A DNA stretch of 63,186 bases, taken from a bacterium BMS3Abin14 (GTDB lineage: Bacteria; BMS3Abin14). The notes under the pieces were generated by a model. The model saw only the letters and a program-made list of their open reading frames with translations. It made no database searches and was not told where the DNA came from. Position numbers and translations under genes: made by a program. The stretch covers positions 1-63,186 of the forward strand of contig BDTG01000013.1 in assembly GCA_002897695.1 (NCBI GenBank). Direction: 5' to 3'. Shown here one piece after another: positions 60,580 through 63,186 of the stretch; position 1 is the stretch's first letter; each line of letters opens with the position of its first letter.

Positions 60580-60900
60580 ATGAAAGCTAAGGCATTTTTG
60601 TTCGTATTTATGTTAACTTTTTTGCTAATGGCATGTGCCACCGGCGAGAAAATCACTCGGCTGAATCCTGGTATGTCTAAACAAAAAGTGGAGAGTGTTC
60701 TCGGCAAACCTGATGGATACTCTGCACCGGCTGATGGCTACGAAGTTTATAAATACACAAATAGGCTCATTTCAGGGTGGTCTTGGGACAGAGCTGATTT
60801 TAATGTGATCTTCAAAGATGGCAAAGTACAGGAGTATGGGGCTGGTGAAGTCAGGACGAAGCAAGGCGGCGTTAACACCATTTTGTTCATTTCCCCATAG
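60580..60900 (+). CDS. Lipoprotein with a BamE/SmpA_OmlA-like domain
   Basis: Lipobox LLMAC and LNPGMSKQKVESVLGKPDG. GGGAGGGG RBS. Confidence 0.55.
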   Translation: MKAKAFLFVFMLTFLLMACATGEKITRLNPGMSKQKVESVLGKPDGYSAPADGYEVYKYTNRLISGWSWDRADFNVIFKDGKVQEYGAGEVRTKQGGVNTILFISP

Positions 60901-60940
60901 CAATTACGGACGGACGAAACCCAAGTTCTGAGGAATATAA

Positions 60941-61741
60941 ATGTTTGAGGAAATGACCGATAAAGCATTGCGTCTCAAGGAGCTAGATTTACTGATCGTT
61001 AAAGCAATATCTACTTTCGATACGAAGAGTTTTGCCAAATATGTTGTTGAATTTAACGACGCAAAAAAAAGCATTCGCAGCTATGCTCTAGAACACCCTC
61101 TCCTAAACATACAGGGGATCGAAGATCCTAAGGCCTGTTTCATTATTCAAAAAGTCATGTCTGGTGAGCCTTTTGCGGTTGAGAAGGCTATGTCTGATAG
61201 CGAGATTACGGAATTCCTCAAAGGTGAACTCGATGACAATGATATAGAAAATCTTGCCTCAGATTTGTTCTATTCTTGGTTCAGTCATTATGAATACATA
61301 CAAGGTATTTATGAGATAGGCGCTTTGACGATATCTTGCAGCAAAATACCTGAAAATCTTTCGAAGTTTGTGAATGAAGCTCGTGACTGCTATGCTTTTC
61401 AGCAATTCAATGCGGTGTTTTCTCTGTGTCGCACCATCCTTGAAATCAGCATTAAGGATGTCGCAACTACCCGTAAGATCCTACCAGCAGATAATCGAGA
61501 TATCAGCTACCTGACATCTCGATCGCCCGAACTCTATGATCTAATCAATCAACTATGCGATCGGTATACTATTTTTAAAACTTTACGGGGTCAACTTCAT
61601 GAAATTAGAAGAAAGACAAACTCATTGATTCACGGAAGCCGTTCAGTGAAGAAACAGGAAGCCAGTGAGATGTTAAAGAAGACCCTTTTAGCCGTCCATC
61701 GGCTTTATGAACTTGAATCCAAGAGGCAAGGCACGACATAA
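60941..61741 (+). CDS. Hypothetical protein with a C-terminal DUF4145/HEPN-like domain (Rx6H: RRKTNSLIH) and an unknown N-terminal domain; possible Abi-like defence protein
   Basis: C-terminus FSLCRTILEISIKDV...LHEIRRKTNSLIHGS resembles the DUF4145 pattern. Low-GC gene. Confidence 0.45.
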   Translation: MFEEMTDKALRLKELDLLIVKAISTFDTKSFAKYVVEFNDAKKSIRSYALEHPLLNIQGIEDPKACFIIQKVMSGEPFAVEKAMSDSEITEFLKGELDDNDIENLASDLFYSWFSHYEYIQGIYEIGALTISCSKIPENLSKFVNEARDCYAFQQFNAVFSLCRTILEISIKDVATTRKILPADNRDISYLTSRSPELYDLINQLCDRYTIFKTLRGQLHEIRRKTNSLIHGSRSVKKQEASEMLKKTLLAVHRLYELESKRQGTT

Positions 61742-61941
61742 AAAAAAGCGGCATAACCAATGAACCTTTCCACCTTAAAACTGCCGCCAACCTGTCCAAC
61801 CAATGGGGTCCACCTCTTTCTATTGTTAATAATTGGCAGTCGCCTGTGAAATTGACCTGTTCAGAATGTGGTAACAAGATTGACAACAAGGATGTAAAAA
61901 TCTGTCCAGTATGCAATGTGAATTTCTAAAAGGGGGTTTTT

Positions 61942-62148
61942 ATGAAACGGATTGGGATGATCGGTCTAGTATTCGTTGGATTCGTTGCAGGAATACTTCT
62001 CGTTAATACCTATAGCGGGAGGATAAGTATCGCAAAGGCAGAAAATGTAGCGAACACATCTGAACAAGATGCATATAAATTAGCTAACATGACCCGACCG
62101 TACCCCTTTAGGTACCCTCCGACGGGCTCGGAGGAGCGCATCATTTGA
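61942..62148 (+). CDS. Small predicted membrane protein (68 aa), hypothetical
   Basis: Single TM helix. GGGGG-rich RBS region. Weak. Confidence 0.3.
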   Translation: MKRIGMIGLVFVGFVAGILLVNTYSGRISIAKAENVANTSEQDAYKLANMTRPYPFRYPPTGSEERII

Positions 62149-62387
62149 TTAATCCATGGGCGGTTTCATGGGAGGTTTTCGGGAATTTGGCAATGGAAAG
62201 ATCAGTGGACCTGACATGAGCAAGCATGAACTTCGAGCGCCCCTTCCCTCGACCAAGCTCCTTTCCCCTCGGCAGGCTCGGGACAGGCGACAAGCTCAAG
62301 GCAGGCGGGACAGGCCCTCCGACGCGCTTCGCTTGCTCAGGATTCTAAAGAGTGCTCGTGACCGTGGCCAGATTTAATGTAGTCCCT

Positions 62388-62500
62388 GCTTTTGCTAAGG
62401 TTTCTTAGTCTTTTCATGTCACCATCAATCAGAGCTTCCTTCTTGATACGAGACCAGGATTTGAGCTGGTGTTCGCGGATGGTGGGTTTGGGAAGGGCTA
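62388..62500 (-). pseudogene. C-terminal fragment (~35 codons) of a second GIY-YIG gene, homologous to 682-795
   Basis: Translates to ...IREHQLKSWSRIKKEALIDGDMKRLRNLSKSRDY, versus copy 1 ...DREHHLKNWSRRKKEVLIDGDIATLRSLSKSRD. An upstream in-frame stop intervenes and the N-terminus is absent. Confidence 0.55.
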
Positions 62501-62689
62501 TCTGAAGTGTCGGTTAACGAATGCACGACCGGAACCGGATTTCAAATACTTCTCAAATGCTAACGCTCTTCTATCATCTGGAATTCTGAAGGCCACCAAA
62601 AGGTCCTAAGGCTTAAATCTTGAAGTATGTGGCGATTGACCAAAATTGTGCTGACTTAAGCGGCGATTCAAATTTCGTGTATGGCCGAC

Positions 62690-62839
62690 ATAGTACTGTT
62701 TGACATGGTTGATACTCTGAATGACATAGACATATTTCATCACTCAATCTCCTGTTGGTCAACGACAATTACACTTCCCCCCCAGCGACAATTACACTTC
62801 CCTGGTGTTTGGTTGACACTGACGGGTCAACATCTATTT
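62690..62839. mobile_element. Probable right-end region of an IS21-family element carrying iterated terminal repeats (CGACAATTACACTTCCC x2)
   Basis: Lies immediately 3' of istB. Multiple short direct repeats are typical of IS21 ends. The exact terminus is not determined. Confidence 0.4.
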
Positions 62840-63186
62840 TCAGTTGCCTTGATGTTGTTTTGCCTGCTTGGCCCGATAACTGTCGTTGTTCAGCTCAAGG
62901 ATGGTTGAGTGGTGAACCAGGCGGTCGATAGCGGCGGCAGTGGTCATCGGATCTTTAAAGATCCTGTCCCACTCACTGAAGACCAGGTTGGAAGTAATCA
63001 TCAGGCTGCGCCGTTCGTATCGTTCAGAAAGGAAAGTGAACAGTACCTCCATCTCCTCACGGCTTTGCTTCACATAACCGATGTCATCGAGCACCACCAC
63101 ATCGAAGCGATCAAGTTTCTTTAACATCTTCTCGATCGCAAGCTCACGTTTGGCGATCAGCAACTGTTCCACCAGCCGGTGAGTGC
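62840..63186 (-). CDS. istB: IS21-family helper ATPase IstB, C-terminal part (5' end beyond the window)
   Basis: ...VVLDDIGYVKQSREEMEVLFTFLSERYERRSLMITSNLVFSEWDRIFKDPMTTAAAIDRLVHHSTILEL carries the IstB Walker B and C-terminal motifs. Confidence 0.85.
   Translation of the reverse strand, partial: THRLVEQLLIAKRELAIEKMLKKLDRFDVVVLDDIGYVKQSREEMEVLFTFLSERYERRSLMITSNLVFSEWDRIFKDPMTTAAAIDRLVHHSTILELNNDSYRAKQAKQHQGN

Noticed and set aside
61846-61929. Tiny 25-28-codon ORF encoding a double CxxC peptide (..CSECGNKIDNKDVKICPVCNVNF)
   Set aside because: Only TTG/GTG starts are available and it is too short to support as a gene from sequence alone. Noted as a possible micro-protein in the island.
62156-62377. 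73-aa plus-strand ORF
   Set aside because: Arg/Gln-rich low-complexity translation across a GC-rich repeated motif. No RBS. It lies in the flank of the GIY-YIG fragment.

Overview
This is a 63.2-kb, mostly ~60 % GC bacterial chromosomal window, densely coded on both strands. The gene content (tungstate ABC transporter tupABC, pentaheme and small diheme c-type cytochromes, system-II cytochrome c biogenesis ccsBA, several radical-SAM enzymes, a RACo-like reductive activase) suggests an anaerobic Desulfobacterota/deltaproteobacterium-like organism; this is inference from gene content only.

The core is ordinary housekeeping and envelope genes: gnd-zwf, tkt, aroF, mlaFED, tctCBA, cspA, mrp/apbC, and two tRNAs (Ala-CGC and Leu-CAA, both on the minus strand). 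Two SPFH membrane-scaffold modules sit side by side: a Band_7_1 SPFH protein with three zinc ribbons plus a zinc-ribbon partner and two unknown genes, then a canonical NfeD-stomatin pair. There is also an ECF sigma / anti-sigma (CBM48-fused) locus whose sigma gene carries an in-frame internal deletion.

The right-hand ~6 kb is accessory. It holds a DUF429-like gene and a ParE/YefM toxin-antitoxin pair bracketed by REP-like direct repeats, then a 2.4-kb low-GC (~38 %) island encoding an RHH-domain protein, a BamE-like lipoprotein and a DUF4145/HEPN-like protein. This island is my best candidate for an undescribed defence or abortive-infection module. It is followed by a GIY-YIG gene fragment and the right end of an IS21-family element (istB). 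The left edge of the window holds a transposase N-terminus and a 370-bp AT-rich tract.

Several genes look decayed or junction-truncated: an in-frame TGA in tctB, a convergent tctA/sensor-kinase truncation junction, a frameshift at a G8 tract in an outer-membrane gene, a 5'-truncated menA, and the internally deleted sigma gene.

Non-genic signals:
- a dispersed REP-like hairpin family with core GCAAAAAGT;
- three intergenic 7-8-mer tandem-repeat arrays that all share (CTCTGGA)n;
- a ~90-bp conserved non-coding element present once beside each tRNA;
- stacked hairpins in the gnd-zwf leader.

No CRISPR array and no rRNA genes were found.
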